From: Antedon mediterranea
Taxonomy: Eukaryota > Animalia > Echinodermata
NCBI RefSeq assembly: GCF_964355755.1
Contig: NC_092676.1
Location: 315,788 to 379,787 of the forward strand
Direction of reading: 5' to 3'
Length of the DNA stretch: 64,000 nt
In this document: positions 36,788 through 50,800 of the stretch, piece by piece
Numbering within the stretch: the stretch's first letter is position 1
How the letters are laid out: each line of letters starts with the position of its first letter
The notes under the pieces: generated by a model
What the model was told of the DNA's origin: nothing
What the model saw: only the letters and a program-made list of their open reading frames with translations
The model's database searches: none
Made by a program: the position numbers and the translations under genes

Positions 36788-38399
36788 TTAATTATTTTTT
36801 TAATTTTTGAAAAATTCATAGAAGCTAACATAAACAAGAAATCTGGTACCAAAACTAGGAATGTAAACAAGAACACAAAACTAGACAATGAATGACATTT
36901 TCTTTATTTTACTAATTTCTCCTTTTAAAAAAAAAATAAATGGTTTAAACTTTGTAAAATGATATGATATTTTATAGAGTAGATATGAGAAGTGTTTCTC
37001 ATTGTTAAAGCTGTAGTTAATAATGCAATATAAACCTAGAAAAAAAGCAGTAAAAATTTAAATGTGTCCTAATAGCTTCTTCCTCCTTACTACTTCCTTC
37101 CGTTATTCTGAGGGTTATTATTAACATCATGAAATCTATAACCAATCCAGCCTTGTTATCTGTATTGTATTTTCCTTTTATCTCCCTCTTCCTTTATCTT
37201 CCATGCGGCATCCATTCATTTCCTGTTGTTCCAGCTTTATGCATTTTTCCATCTCAAGCAATCAAACAATTAACAATCAAATTAAAGTATAAATTGTTTA
37301 CCTCTACCAGAACTGAACAAAATGTTTGGTTGCTATGTCTTCCAAGCCCTAGGGACCCTGATCTGAAATGTATTTTATTTTTATCTCTTAAAAAATATAC
37401 CAACATATACCATGCCAATTTGAAAATCAGACACCATTGGGCCCCAACCAACACGGCCATATTTTGGGGTGTTTTTTTTTATAACAATCATGAAACTCAT
37501 GAAATATTTGTCCTTAATTTTTATTTTGTTGATGTATAGTTTGATATTATTATTGCAATTCAGCTTTTTGAGCTGCGATAGTCGAATAGTGTTACATTTT
37601 TTTATATTATGTTGAATAAATACCGAAATACAACACATTTTATACCTTCAAATCTATCTACTGTACACTGCTCTGCACAATGTACATTTACCTAAAGTTA
37701 TTTGTTCACAGCAAACAGGATTACATTCAACCTATACTCCCTTGCTATTTGTTCTGCCTTCAATATATTATCTGCTTCACTTATTTTTCCAGGAATTTTG
37801 TCTGTTTGTGCTTAAAATAAATTCTGTTTTCCAAAAAGTTAATTCAAGTGCAATAAAGCCAATTCATAGATATTGATTGGATGGTTAATATTGTATTGAC
37901 ACAAGTTTACAATACCATAGCAGTCCAATCCAAAGGCCCGTTATCTTTTTATAGTCCCGCCTACATCTTTCAGTTTACCAGTACAGTAGTAAATCATTAT
38001 TGAGTATAATAAGTGCTTCGCTGGGACAAATATTAAACAACAAAAATACAAGTTGCTGCAGCAATGCTATCGTCTTTACCACCACCATACATGCAGGCTC
38101 AAAGTAAGAAACATTAAGTTATGATTAATGTTCAATTAAATGTTCACTTTCAATTAATTATTTTTTTTAATACAATAATTGTTTTTTGTTTATTCTTATG
38201 TCAATTAAATTTTTTTTTATACTTTAACAAATATTTTCATACCTTCTTCTATTGTATGGTCTACCTAAAGAAAATTGAAAGATTTTATTTATATTTTCTT
38301 CCGAGACCATACATACAGTAATGCCATAAGACCATAAGACCATACAGTAATGCCATAATCAAACCTGCACCTTCCATTCAAGAATAAATATTTAGTTTT

Positions 38400-38776
38400 A
38401 TCAGTACAGCTACTATCGAATAATACAGTATGTACTTATATCAGTACAGGTGTCTAATAATATGTAATTTCATCAGTACAGGTGTCTAATATTATGTAAT
38501 TCTATCAGTACAGGTGTCTAATAATATGTAATTTCATCAGTACATGTGTCTAATAATATGTAATTTCATCAGTACATGTGTCTAATTTTATGTAATTTCA
38601 TCACTACAGGTGTCTAATAATATGTAATTCTATCAGTACAGCTATCTAATAATTATATAATTTCATCAGTACAAGTGTCTAACATTATGTAATTTCATCA
38701 GTACAGGTGTCTAATATTATGTAATTTCATCAAGTACAGGTGTCTAATAATATGTAATTTCATCAGTACAGGTGTA
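38400..38776. repeat. 32-bp minisatellite, ~11 copies
   Basis: Unit TCAGTACAGGTGTCTAATAATATGTAATTTCA. Confidence 0.9.
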
Positions 38777-38861
38777 CTGTGTATTCTAGATACCAAAAAA
38801 CCAAATCATACTAGATGAAGCTTTAACTAATTACATGATTTTCTTTTTAGTATATGCCGAT

Positions 38862-41800
38862 ATGACGTCTGATGAAGCATCACCCTCAACTGTGCGGCCC
38901 TTAAGCCAGACAGTAGTGGTTCCCCCTTACATCTCATTTGACTATCCATCTCTCTGTAGCCCTACTGGCAATCAGCATTCATCCGCTATGATTGGCTACG
39001 GCTCAGCAGTTGCTAAACCGGTTGCAATCCCTTCAACTTCCCCATATTCAGTTTTTCCAATATGTAAGTAAACAGACCTCTTTTATTTATTGAATTCAAT
39101 TCAATACTTTTTTTTTGGTAACTGCTTTATTATGTGAACCCATGGCTGTAGCCAGCATAAGGCAGATGAGGTGCTCACCTCATCTGAAATTTTCAATTTT
39201 TACTACCCACCCCCATCACAGATCTTCATATTTTATATCAATAATTATATTTAAAGCATCTTTGTCTCGTCTGATTTTAACCTACGGCCTTGTTACCTAC
39301 TGTAAATCTTTAGTGGCCGTCAATCACTTTCTTTCACTTAAGTTTTAAGGATTTCCCTACTGTAGTACTTAATTAGATATGAGAATGTTTAAACTGCAAG
39401 GGTGTTTCCCTGTGATTGGTGAACATGCCCACATACTTTGATTAATAATAGCCAAAATCTCTAATATGCACAGTAGCTAATTTTGTTTCCTGAATTTAAT
39501 CCCCAATATTGTTGAAACCACATAAAAATTACCTAATCCAAGAAATTTTTTTAACTTTTATGCAAGATTTGTTTTTTAAATATTTTTATATAGTTTATTT
39601 TATATCATTGTTGTTACTTTGGGAGTACGGAACCTGAACTCTTGTTATAGTGATTAGGTTCACTTTTAGGTTCCTGCCTACTCCCTTAGTTTCTGTGTTT
39701 TGTTTGTTTGTAACTGGTTTTTGGCAATAAATAATAATAATAATAATAATGATTAATCTTGCCCCTTGGTCTCGTGCTGTTTGTATTGTATTTAACCCAT
39801 TTTATCATATATTTAATATTGTAATATAATGTGATAAGCAAGACAATTTGAGTGATTGACAAAATAAAATAATTGAATTTAATGTTTAACTTTAAAAAAA
39901 AAAATTGTTTTGCAGCTAAATATCCACATTTATGGACAAAAGAAGATGTAAAGATTTGGCTAAAATGGTGTGTTGAAGAGTTTTCACTAAATGAGATTGC
40001 TGTTGATAGATTTTCGATGAATGGTAAAGCTTTGTGTCTGCTGCGTAAAGACGGCTTCAACGACCGTGTCCCCTACACTGGTGATGTTTTATATGAGCAT
40101 CTTCAAACACTTTTACAACTTAAAAGTAAGTATTTTTTACAAAATAAAATCAGTTTTAAAACATGATAATTGTCGTATTTAATTGGGATTTTACCGGCGA
40201 GTACAGTTTATTTGTTGAGTACTTATTTAACAGAGTATTTTGAGCGTTGAGATTGTTCTTAACGAAAAAGCTTGCGTTGTTAATGTTTTCTATACGAATG
40301 ATTTTCTGTTGAGCACAATCCGTATACAATTTACCATTCGAATATAAAAAGTACTCAACAAATATTTTAGAATGTTATCAATATTGTTTGACTCGGTGTC
40401 TTCACATTTTAGTCAGTATTGTAGCTTATCAATATTGTTTGACTCGGTGTCTTCACATTTTAGTCAGTATTGTAGCTTATCAATATTGTTTGACTCGGTG
40501 TCTTCACATTTTAGTCAGTATTGTAGCTTATCAATATTGTTTGACTCGGTGTCTTCACATTTTAGTCAGTATTGTAGCTTATCAATATTGTTTGACTCGT
40601 TGTCTTCACATTTTAGTCAGTATTGTAGCTTATCAATATTGTGTGACTCGGTGTCTTCACATTTTAGTCAGTATTGTAGCTTATCAATATTGTGTGACTC
40701 GGTGTCTTCACATTTTAGTCAGTATTGTGTGTTATCAATATTGTTTGACTCGGTGTCTTCACATTTTAGTCAGTATTGTGTGTTATCAATATTGTTTGAC
40801 TCGGTGTCTTCACATTTTAGTCAGTATTGTAGCTTATCAATATTGTGTGACTCGGTGTCTTCACATTTTAGTCAGTATTGTAGCTCATCAATATTGTGTG
40901 ACTCGGTGTCTTCACATTTTAGTCAGTATTGTAGCTTATCAATATTGTTTGACTCGGTGTCTTCACATTTTAGTCAGTATTGTAGCTTATCAATATTGTG
41001 TGACTCGGTGTCTTCACATTTTAGTCAGTATTGTAGCTTATCAATATTGTGTGACTCGGTGTCTTCACATTTTAGTCAGTATTGTAGCTTATCAATATTG
41101 TTTGACTCGGTGTCTTCACATTTTAGTCAGTATTGTAGCTTATCAATATTGTTTGACTCGTTGTCTTCACATTTTAGTCAGTATTGTAGCTTATCAATAT
41201 TGTGTGACTCGTTGTCTTCGCATTTTAGTCAGTATTGTAGCTTATCAATATTGTGTGACTCGGTGTCTTCACATTTTAGTCGGTATTGTAGCTTATCAAT
41301 ATTGTTTGACTCGGTGTCTTCACATTTTAGTCAGTATTGTAGCTTATCAATATTGTGTGACTCGTTGTCTTTGCATTTTAGTCAGTATTGTAGCTTATCA
41401 ATATTGTTTGACTCGGTGTCTTCACATTTTAGTCAGTATTGTAGCTTATCAATATTGTGTGACTCGGTGTCTTCACATTTTAGTCAGTATTGTAGCTTAT
41501 CAATATTGTTTGACTCGGTGTCTTCACATTTTAGTCAGTATTGTAGCTTATCAATATTGTGTGACTCGTTGTCTTCGCATTTTAGTCAGTATTGTAGCTT
41601 ATCAATATTGTTTGACTCGGTGTCTTCACATTTTAGTCAGTATTGTAGCTTATCAATATTGTTTGACTCGGTGTCTTCACATTTTAGTCAGTATTGTAGC
41701 TTATCAATATTGTGTGACTCGGTGTCTTCACATTTTAGTCAGTATTGTAGCTTATCAATATTGTGTGACTCGGTGTCTTCACATTTTAGTCAGTATTGTA

Positions 41801-44800
41801 GCTTATCAATATTGTTTGACTCGGTGTCTTCACATTTTAGTCAGTATTGTAGCTTATCAATATTGTGTGACTTGGTGTCTTCACATTTTAGTCAGTATTG
41901 TAGCTTATCAATATTGTGTGACTCGGTGTCTTCACATTTTAGTCAGTATTGTAGCTTATCAATATTGTTTGACTCGGTGTCTTCACATTTTAGTCAGTAT
42001 TGTAGCTTATCAATATTGTGTGACTCGTTGTCTTCACATTTTAGTCAGTATTGTAGCTTATCAATATTGTGTGACTCGTTGTCTTCACATTTTAGTCAGT
42101 ATTGTAGCTTATCAATATTGTGTGACTCGTTGTCTTCACATTTTAGTCAGTATTGTAGCTTATCAATATTGTTTGACTCGGTGTCTTCACATTTTAGTCA
42201 GTATTGTAGCTTATCAATATTGTTTGACTCGGTGTCTTCACATTTTAGTCAGTATTGTAGCTTATCAATATTGTTTGACTCGGTGTCTTCACATTTTAGT
42301 CAGTATTGTAGCTTATCAATATTGTTTGACTCGGTGTCTTCACATTTTAGTCAGTATTGTAGCTTATCAATATTGTTTGACTCGGTGTCTTCACATTTTA
42401 GTCAGTATTGTAGCTTATCAATATTGTTTGACTCGGTGTCTTCACATTTTAGTCAGTATTGTAGCTTATCAATATTGTGTGACTTGGTGTCTTCACATTT
42501 TAGTCAGTATTGTAGCTTATCAATATTGTGTGACTCGGTGTCTTCACATTTTAGTCAGTATTGTAGCTTATCAATATTGTTTGACTCGGTGTCTTCACAT
42601 TTTAGTCAGTATTGTAGCTTATCAATATTGTGTGACTCGTTGTCTTCACATTTTAGTCAGTATTGTAGCTTATCAATATTGTGTGACTCGTTGTCTTCAC
42701 ATTTTAGTCAGTATTGTAGCTTATCAATATTGTGTGACTCGTTGTCTTCACATTTTAGTCAGTATTGTAGCTTATCAATATTGTTTGACTCGGTGTCTTC
42801 ACATTTTAGTCAGTATTGTAGCTTATCAATATTGTGTGACTCGTTGTCTTCGCATTTTAGTCAGTATTGTAGCTTATCAATATTGTTTGACTCGGTGTCT
42901 TCACATTTTAGTCAGTATTGTAGCTTATCAATATTGTTTGACTCGGTGTCTTCACATTTTAGTCAGTATTGTAGCTTATCAATATTGTTTGACTCGGTGT
43001 CTTCGCATTTTAGTCAGTATTGTAGCTTATCAATATTGTTTGACTCGGTGTCTTCACATTTTAGTCAGTATTGTAGCTTATCAATATTGTTTGATTCGGT
43101 GTCTTCACATTTTAGTCAGTATTGTAGCTTATCAATATTGTTTGACTCGGTGTCTTCACATTTTAGTCAGTATTGTAGCTTATCAATATTGTGTGACTCG
43201 GTGTCTTCACATTTTAGTCAGTATTGTAGCTTATCAATATTGTTTGACTCGGTGTCTTCACATTTTAGTCAGTATTGTAGCTTATCAATATTGTGTGACT
43301 CGTTGTCTTCACATTTTAGTCAGTATTGTAGCTTATCAATATTGTGTGACTCGTTGTCTTCACATTTTAGTCAGTATTGTAGCTTATCAATATTGTTTGA
43401 CTCGGTGTCTTCACATTTTAGTCAGTATTGTAGCTTATCAATATTGTGTGACTCGTTGTCTTCACATTTTAGTCAGTATTGTAGCTTATCAATATTGTGT
43501 GACTCGTTGTCTTCACATTTTAGTCAGTATTGTAGCTTATCAATATTGTGTGACTCGTTGTCTTCACATTTTAGTCAGTATTGTAGCTTATCAATATTGT
43601 GTGACTCGGTGTCTTCACATTTTAGTCAGTATTGTAGCTTATCAATATTGTGTGACTCGTTGTCTTCACATTTTAGTCAGTATTGTAGCTTATCAATATT
43701 GTTTGACTCGGTGTCTTCACATTTTAGTCAGTATTGTAGCTTATCAATATTGTGTGACTCGGTGTCTTCACATTTTAGTCAGTATTGTAGCTTATCAATA
43801 TTGTGTGACTCGGTGTCTTCACATTTTAGTCAGTATTGTAGCTTATCAATATTGTGTGACTCGGTGTCTTCACATTTTAGTCAGTATTGTAGCTTATCAA
43901 TATTGTGTGACTCGGTGTCTTCACATTTTAGTCGGTATTGTAGCTTATCAATATTGTTTGACTCGGTGTCTTCGCATTTTAGTCAGTATTGTAGCTTATC
44001 AATATTGTGTGACTCGGTGTCTTCACATTTTAGTCAGTATTGTAGCTTATCAATATTGTGTGACTCGTTGTCTTCACATTTTAGTCAGTATTGTAGCTTA
44101 TCAATATTGTGTGACTCGGTGTCTTCACATTTTAGTCAGTATTGTAGCTTATCAATATTGTGTGACTTGGTGTCTTCACATTTTAGTCAGTATTGTAGCT
44201 TATCAATATTGTGTGACTCGTTGTCTTCACATTTTAGTCAGTATTGTAGCTTATCAATATTGTTTGACTCGGTGTCTTCACATTTTAGTCAGTATTGTAG
44301 CTTATCAATATTGTGTGACTCGTTGTCTTCACATTTTAGTCAGTATTGTAGCTTATCAATATTGTGTGACTCGGTGTCTTCACATTTTAGTCAGTATTGT
44401 AGCTTATCAATATTGTGTGACTCGGTGTCTTCACATTTTAGTCAGTATTGTAGCTTATCAATATTGTGTGACTCGGTGTCTTCACATTTTAGTCAGTATT
44501 GTAGCTTATCAATATTGTGTGACTCGGTGTCTTCACATTTTAGTCAGTATTGTAGCTTATCAATATTGTGTGACTCGGTGTCTTCACATTTTAGTCGGTA
44601 TTGTAGCTTATCAATATTGTTTGACTCGGTGTCTTCGCATTTTAGTCAGTATTGTAGCTTATCAATATTGTGTGACTCGGTGTCTTCACATTTTAGTCAG
44701 TATTGTAGCTTATCAATATTGTGTGACTCGTTGTCTTCACATTTTAGTCAGTATTGTAGCTTATCAATATTGTGTGACTCGGTGTCTTCACATTTTAGTC

Positions 44801-47800
44801 AGTATTGTAGCTTATCAATATTGTTTGACTCGGTGTCTTCGCATTTTAGTCAGTATTGTAGCTTATCAATATTGTTTGACTCGGTGTCTTCACATTTTAG
44901 TCAGTATTGTAGCTTATCAATATTGTTTGATTCGGTGTCTTCACATTTTAGTCAGTATTGTAGCTTATCAATATTGTTTGACTCGGTGTCTTCACATTTT
45001 AGTCAGTATTGTAGCTTATCAATATTGTGTGACTCGGTGTCTTCACATTTTAGTCAGTATTGTAGCTTATCAATATTGTGTGACTCGTTGTCTTCACATT
45101 TTAGTCAGTATTGTAGCTTATCAATATTGTGTGACTCGGTGTCTTCACATTTTAGTCAGTATTGTAGCTTATCAATATTGTGTGACTCGGTGTCTTCACA
45201 TTTTAGTCAGTATTGTAGCTTATCAATATTGTGTGACTCGGTGTCTTCACATTTTAGTCAGTATTGTAGCTTATCAATATTGTGTGACTCGGTGTCTTCA
45301 CATTTTAGTCAGTATTGTAGCTTATCAATATTGTGTGACTCGGTGTCTTCACATTTTAGTCGGTATTGTAGCTTATCAATATTGTTTGACTCGGTGTCTT
45401 CGCATTTTAGTCAGTATTGTAGCTTATCAATATTGTGTGACTCGGTGTCTTCACATTTTAGTCAGTATTGTAGCTTATCAATATTGTGTGACTCGTTGTC
45501 TTCACATTTTAGTCAGTATTGTAGCTTATCAATATTGTGTGACTCGGTGTCTTCACATTTTAGTCAGTATTGTAGCTTATCAATATTGTGTGACTCGGTG
45601 TCTTCACATTTTAGTCAGTATTGTAGCTTATCAATATTGTTTGACTCGGTGTCTTCACATTTTAGTCAGTATTGTAGCTTATCAATATTGTTTGACTCGG
45701 TGTCTTCACATTTTAGTCAGTATTGTAGCTTATCAATATTGTTTGACTCGGTGTCTTCACATTTTAGTCAGTATTGTAGCTTATCAATATTGTTTGACTC
45801 GGTGTCTTCACATTTTAGTCAGTATTGTAGCTTATCAATATTGTGTGACTCGTTGTCTTCACATTTTAGTCAGTATTGTAGCTTATCAATATTGTGTGAC
45901 TCGTTGTCTTCACATTTTAGTCAGTATTGTAGCTTATCAATATTGTTTGACTCGGTGTCTTCACATTTTAGTCAGTATTGTAGCTTATCAATATTGTGTG
46001 ACTCGTTGTCTTCACATTTTAGTCAGTATTGTAGCTTATCAATATTGTGTGACTCGTTGTCTTCACATTTTAGTCAGTATTGTAGCTTATCAATATTGTG
46101 TGACTCGTTGTCTTCACATTTTAGTCAGTATTGTAGCTTATCAATATTGTGTGACTCGGTGTCTTCACATTTTAGTCAGTATTGTAGCTTATCAATATTG
46201 TGTGACTCGTTGTCTTCACATTTTAGTCAGTATTGTAGCTTATCAATATTGTTTGACTCGGTGTCTTCACATTTTAGTCAGTATTGTAGCTTATCAATAT
46301 TGTGTGACTCGGTGTCTTCACATTTTAGTCAGTATTGTAGCTTATCAATATTGTGTGACTCGGTGTCTTCACATTTTAGTCAGTATTGTAGCTTATCAAT
46401 ATTGTGTGACTCGGTGTCTTCACATTTTAGTCAGTATTGTAGCTTATCAATATTGTGTGACTCGGTGTCTTCACATTTTAGTCGGTATTGTAGCTTATCA
46501 ATATTGTTTGACTCGGTGTCTTCGCATTTTAGTCAGTATTGTAGCTTATCAATATTGTGTGACTCGGTGTCTTCACATTTTAGTCAGTATTGTAGCTTAT
46601 CAATATTGTGTGACTCGTTGTCTTCACATTTTAGTCAGTATTGTAGCTTATCAATATTGTGTGACTCGGTGTCTTCACATTTTAGTCAGTATTGTAGCTT
46701 ATCAATATTGTGTGACTTGGTGTCTTCACATTTTAGTCAGTATTGTAGCTTATCAATATTGTGTGACTCGTTGTCTTCACATTTTAGTCAGTATTGTAGC
46801 TTATCAATATTGTTTGACTCGGTGTCTTCACATTTTAGTCAGTATTGTAGCTTATCAATATTGTGTGACTCGTTGTCTTCACATTTTAGTCAGTATTGTA
46901 GCTTATCAATATTGTGTGACTCGGTGTCTTCACATTTTAGTCAGTATTGTAGCTTATCAATATTGTGTGACTCGGTGTCTTCACATTTTAGTCAGTATTG
47001 TAGCTTATCAATATTGTGTGACTCGTTGTCTTCACATTTTAGTCAGTATTGTAGCTTATCAATATTGTTTGACTCGGTGTCTTCACATTTTAGTCAGTAT
47101 TGTAGCTTATCAATATTGTGTGACTCGTTGTCTTCACATTTTAGTCAGTATTGTAGCTTATCAATATTGTGTGACTCGGTGTCTTCACATTTTAGTCAGT
47201 ATTGTAGCTTATCAATATTGTTTGACTCGGTGTCTTCGCATTTTAGTCAGTATTGTAGCTTATCAATATTGTTTGACTCGGTGTCTTCACATTTTAGTCA
47301 GTATTGTAGCTTATCAATATTGTTTGATTCGGTGTCTTCACATTTTAGTCAGTATTGTAGCTTATCAATATTGTTTGACTCGGTGTCTTCACATTTTAGT
47401 CAGTATTGTAGCTTATCAATATTGTGTGACTCGGTGTCTTCACATTTTAGTCAGTATTGTAGCTTATCAATATTGTGTGACTCGTTGTCTTCACATTTTA
47501 GTCAGTATTGTAGCTTATCAATATTGTGTGACTCGGTGTCTTCACATTTTAGTCAGTATTGTAGCTTATCAATATTGTGTGACTCGGTGTCTTCACATTT
47601 TAGTCAGTATTGTAGCTTATCAATATTGTGTGACTCGGTGTCTTCACATTTTAGTCAGTATTGTAGCTTATCAATATTGTGTGACTCGGTGTCTTCACAT
47701 TTTAGTCAGTATTGTAGCTTATCAATATTGTGTGACTCGGTGTCTTCACATTTTAGTCGGTATTGTAGCTTATCAATATTGTTTGACTCGGTGTCTTCGC

Positions 47801-50800
47801 ATTTTAGTCAGTATTGTAGCTTATCAATATTGTGTGACTCGGTGTCTTCACATTTTAGTCAGTATTGTAGCTTATCAATATTGTGTGACTCGTTGTCTTC
47901 ACATTTTAGTCAGTATTGTAGCTTATCAATATTGTGTGACTCGGTGTCTTCACATTTTAGTCAGTATTGTAGCTTATCAATATTGTGTGACTCGGTGTCT
48001 TCACATTTTAGTCAGTATTGTAGCTTATCAATATTGTTTGACTCGGTGTCTTCACATTTTAGTCAGTATTGTAGCTTATCAATATTGTTTGACTCGGTGT
48101 CTTCACATTTTAGTCAGTATTGTAGCTTATCAATATTGTTTGACTCGGTGTCTTCACATTTTAGTCAGTATTGTAGCTTATCAATATTGTTTGACTCGTT
48201 GTCTTCACATTTTAGTCAGTATTGTATGTTATCAATATTGTGTGACTCGGTGTCTTCACATTTTAGTCAGTATTGTAGCTTATCAATATTGTTTGACTCG
48301 TTGTCTTCACATTTTAGTCAGTATTGTAGCTTATCAATATTGTGTGACTCGGTGTCTTCACATTTTAGTCAGTATTGTAGCTTATCAATATTGTGTGACT
48401 CGGTGTCTTCACATTTTAGTCAGTATTGTAGCTTATCAATATTGTTTGACTCGGTGTCTTCACATTTTAGTCAGTATTGTAGCTTATCAATATTGTTTGA
48501 CTCGGTGTCTTCACATTTTAGTCAGTATTGTAGCTTATCAATATTGTTTGACTCGGTGTCTTCACATTTTAGTCAGTATTGTATGTTATCAATATTGTTT
48601 GACTCGGTGTCTTCACATTTTAGTCAGTATTGTAGCTTATCAATATTGTTTTTTTTTATGGTTGTCATTTTAAATTCATCGCTCTAATTATTGTTTTACT
48701 GGTGGTTATTTTGATTCAGTATTTTCAGTGTAAATATTTAAAGATGATCAGTTAATAATAATTTAATAACCCAGATATTTTGGAGCTAATATAAATGTTT
48801 GTCTTGTACCAAGTGTAAATAATGACAACCATAATACGTATCAAGTCAACACATATTATAAGATAGCTGCCAGATATTTGCTTTTCTCATAGATATCTCT
48901 AACTTTTCTTGGTAAAAGATACATCAGTTGGGATAACATAGATATTAATTGTGACTTTATCTATCTATGACGTTAAAACACCTAAATTAAGGTCATCATT
49001 GTATTGTGTTCATAAAGTTGCGTTGCAGAGCTGATTTGGGGTTCCACAGGACGATAAGATGAAATCTTTCATGTATCCTTACAGAAGTGACTTTCTGCTG
49101 ATGTAACTTAATATAATGTGCTTTATTGGTAGATAATAATTATACGAGGAGGGTTTATTTTAGTATTGCACAACACTGCTGCTATTGACATACGAAATAA
49201 ATTAATGATTATTTTTAACCCTATTAAGGGACACATTTGGGACCCAACATGACCCTTAAAAGTGGAGGTGCACAAAAAAAAAGGATCAAATAATAGGATT
49301 TATTTTCACAGCAGTAGAACATTTAAAAAGATAATTTGCCCTTTACCAGAAAGTAAATTAAAAGGTTTAAATTAAATTATGCAAACTCATGAATGTTAAA
49401 TTTCCAAAATTCTTTCCGAGTATGTTATTAAAAGCTTATAATATCATCATTTATTTACGGATGCTAAACTTCCCTTTGAAAAGTTTCCTATTTGAGTAGT
49501 TAGTACAGTATATACATACTAAGGTGGGGCATGTTAAGGAAGATTACGATATTGGAAGACCGAAGGGAAAGTCCCACAAAAGTTAAATGGTAGATTGAGA
49601 TAATGCTTCATTTAATGTATAGAAGGTTATGCATCTTGGTGTACAGTACATTCATTTCTTTATTTCCATTTTTTTATTTTTACACAATCCAATTAGTAAG
49701 ATTTTCTTAATATTTTTACTTAAAGAAGTTTGTTGAATTGAATATTTACTGAAGTTGTAAAAAGTTCATTTAGAAATTTTGGAAGGTTGTGCATTCTTTT
49801 GGATTTTATGTTACCACCCGGAACTTATTCTAAAAAGATTAAATTAACAAAAGAACTAATCGTTAGACATCAACAATGATTGTTATTAATGGTTTAAACC
49901 ATGAATGACCTAAATTTTATGAAGGATTAGATCATGAAAAATAATTCCCTGAAACTTTAATACCGGTATACAATAGGGCCTTAGGCTAACTTAAGTGTGA
50001 TTGGAGGGAATAAGGTTTGAAACAGTATGATAGGAGGTTTATAAGGTTATGATTGCATCCATCTTAGTGACGTCATTATTGACATTTAAGGTATTCAACA
50101 TTACCTGCGAGATATGCAATTATAACTTTGTATTTTTTAGGTACTTTCCCCTTTTTTCCATGATAAATGAAAGATTGATATTTGAAGTCAAAATGATGAG
50201 TTTGACAAATCTTAAAAAACATCCTTTGTTTTCTTTATTCTTAATGGCTCTTTAAATTATCATTTCTTTTTTCTGTTTCAATTCATGTAAATGACATTTA
50301 TTTCTTTAGATACAGTTTGTTTTATTTTGTTGGTTAGTAGTGAAGCTATAGCTTGGTGGTTAACGTAGTGGCTTTTGGCTTGGTGGTTTACCTGCTTGCC
50401 TTCCAATCCCAACGTCCAGGGTTCAATCCTTATCTAGTGCCTGGATTGCAACAACTTTTTATACTCCACTCCCTAAGCATCAAATAAAACTTAGCTGTTT
50501 ATACATACTGTAATTTTCGAATTTTAAATTTTACTAATCTGAAATATAATAATGAAACATGAGAACTCCAAATAAAACATTTTCAATATGTGTTGTTCCA
50601 TCAAGAATCTTGGTATACTAAATACTGTATATAAAGTGTACTAAAATTATGAAAAGAAATGAAATAAATACATATAACATTAATTATAGGTTAAAGTAAG
50701 TTGTGTGAATATGTTTATGACTTTGCTGGATCTGGTAATTTCCGTCAGCCAACCAACCACACCTTTGAGTAAACACTCTAGTATGTTTGTTTACCATCAT

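Noticed and set aside
40372-48687. 2771-aa and 2761-aa ORFs as giant repeat proteins
   Set aside because: They arise from a 51-bp (3n) satellite unit lacking stops in two frames; they sit within an intron, have no unique domains, and variants show no codon-position bias.
50345-50490. Functional tRNA gene
   Set aside because: A and B boxes are present but there is no consistent acceptor stem or cloverleaf; better explained as a SINE head.
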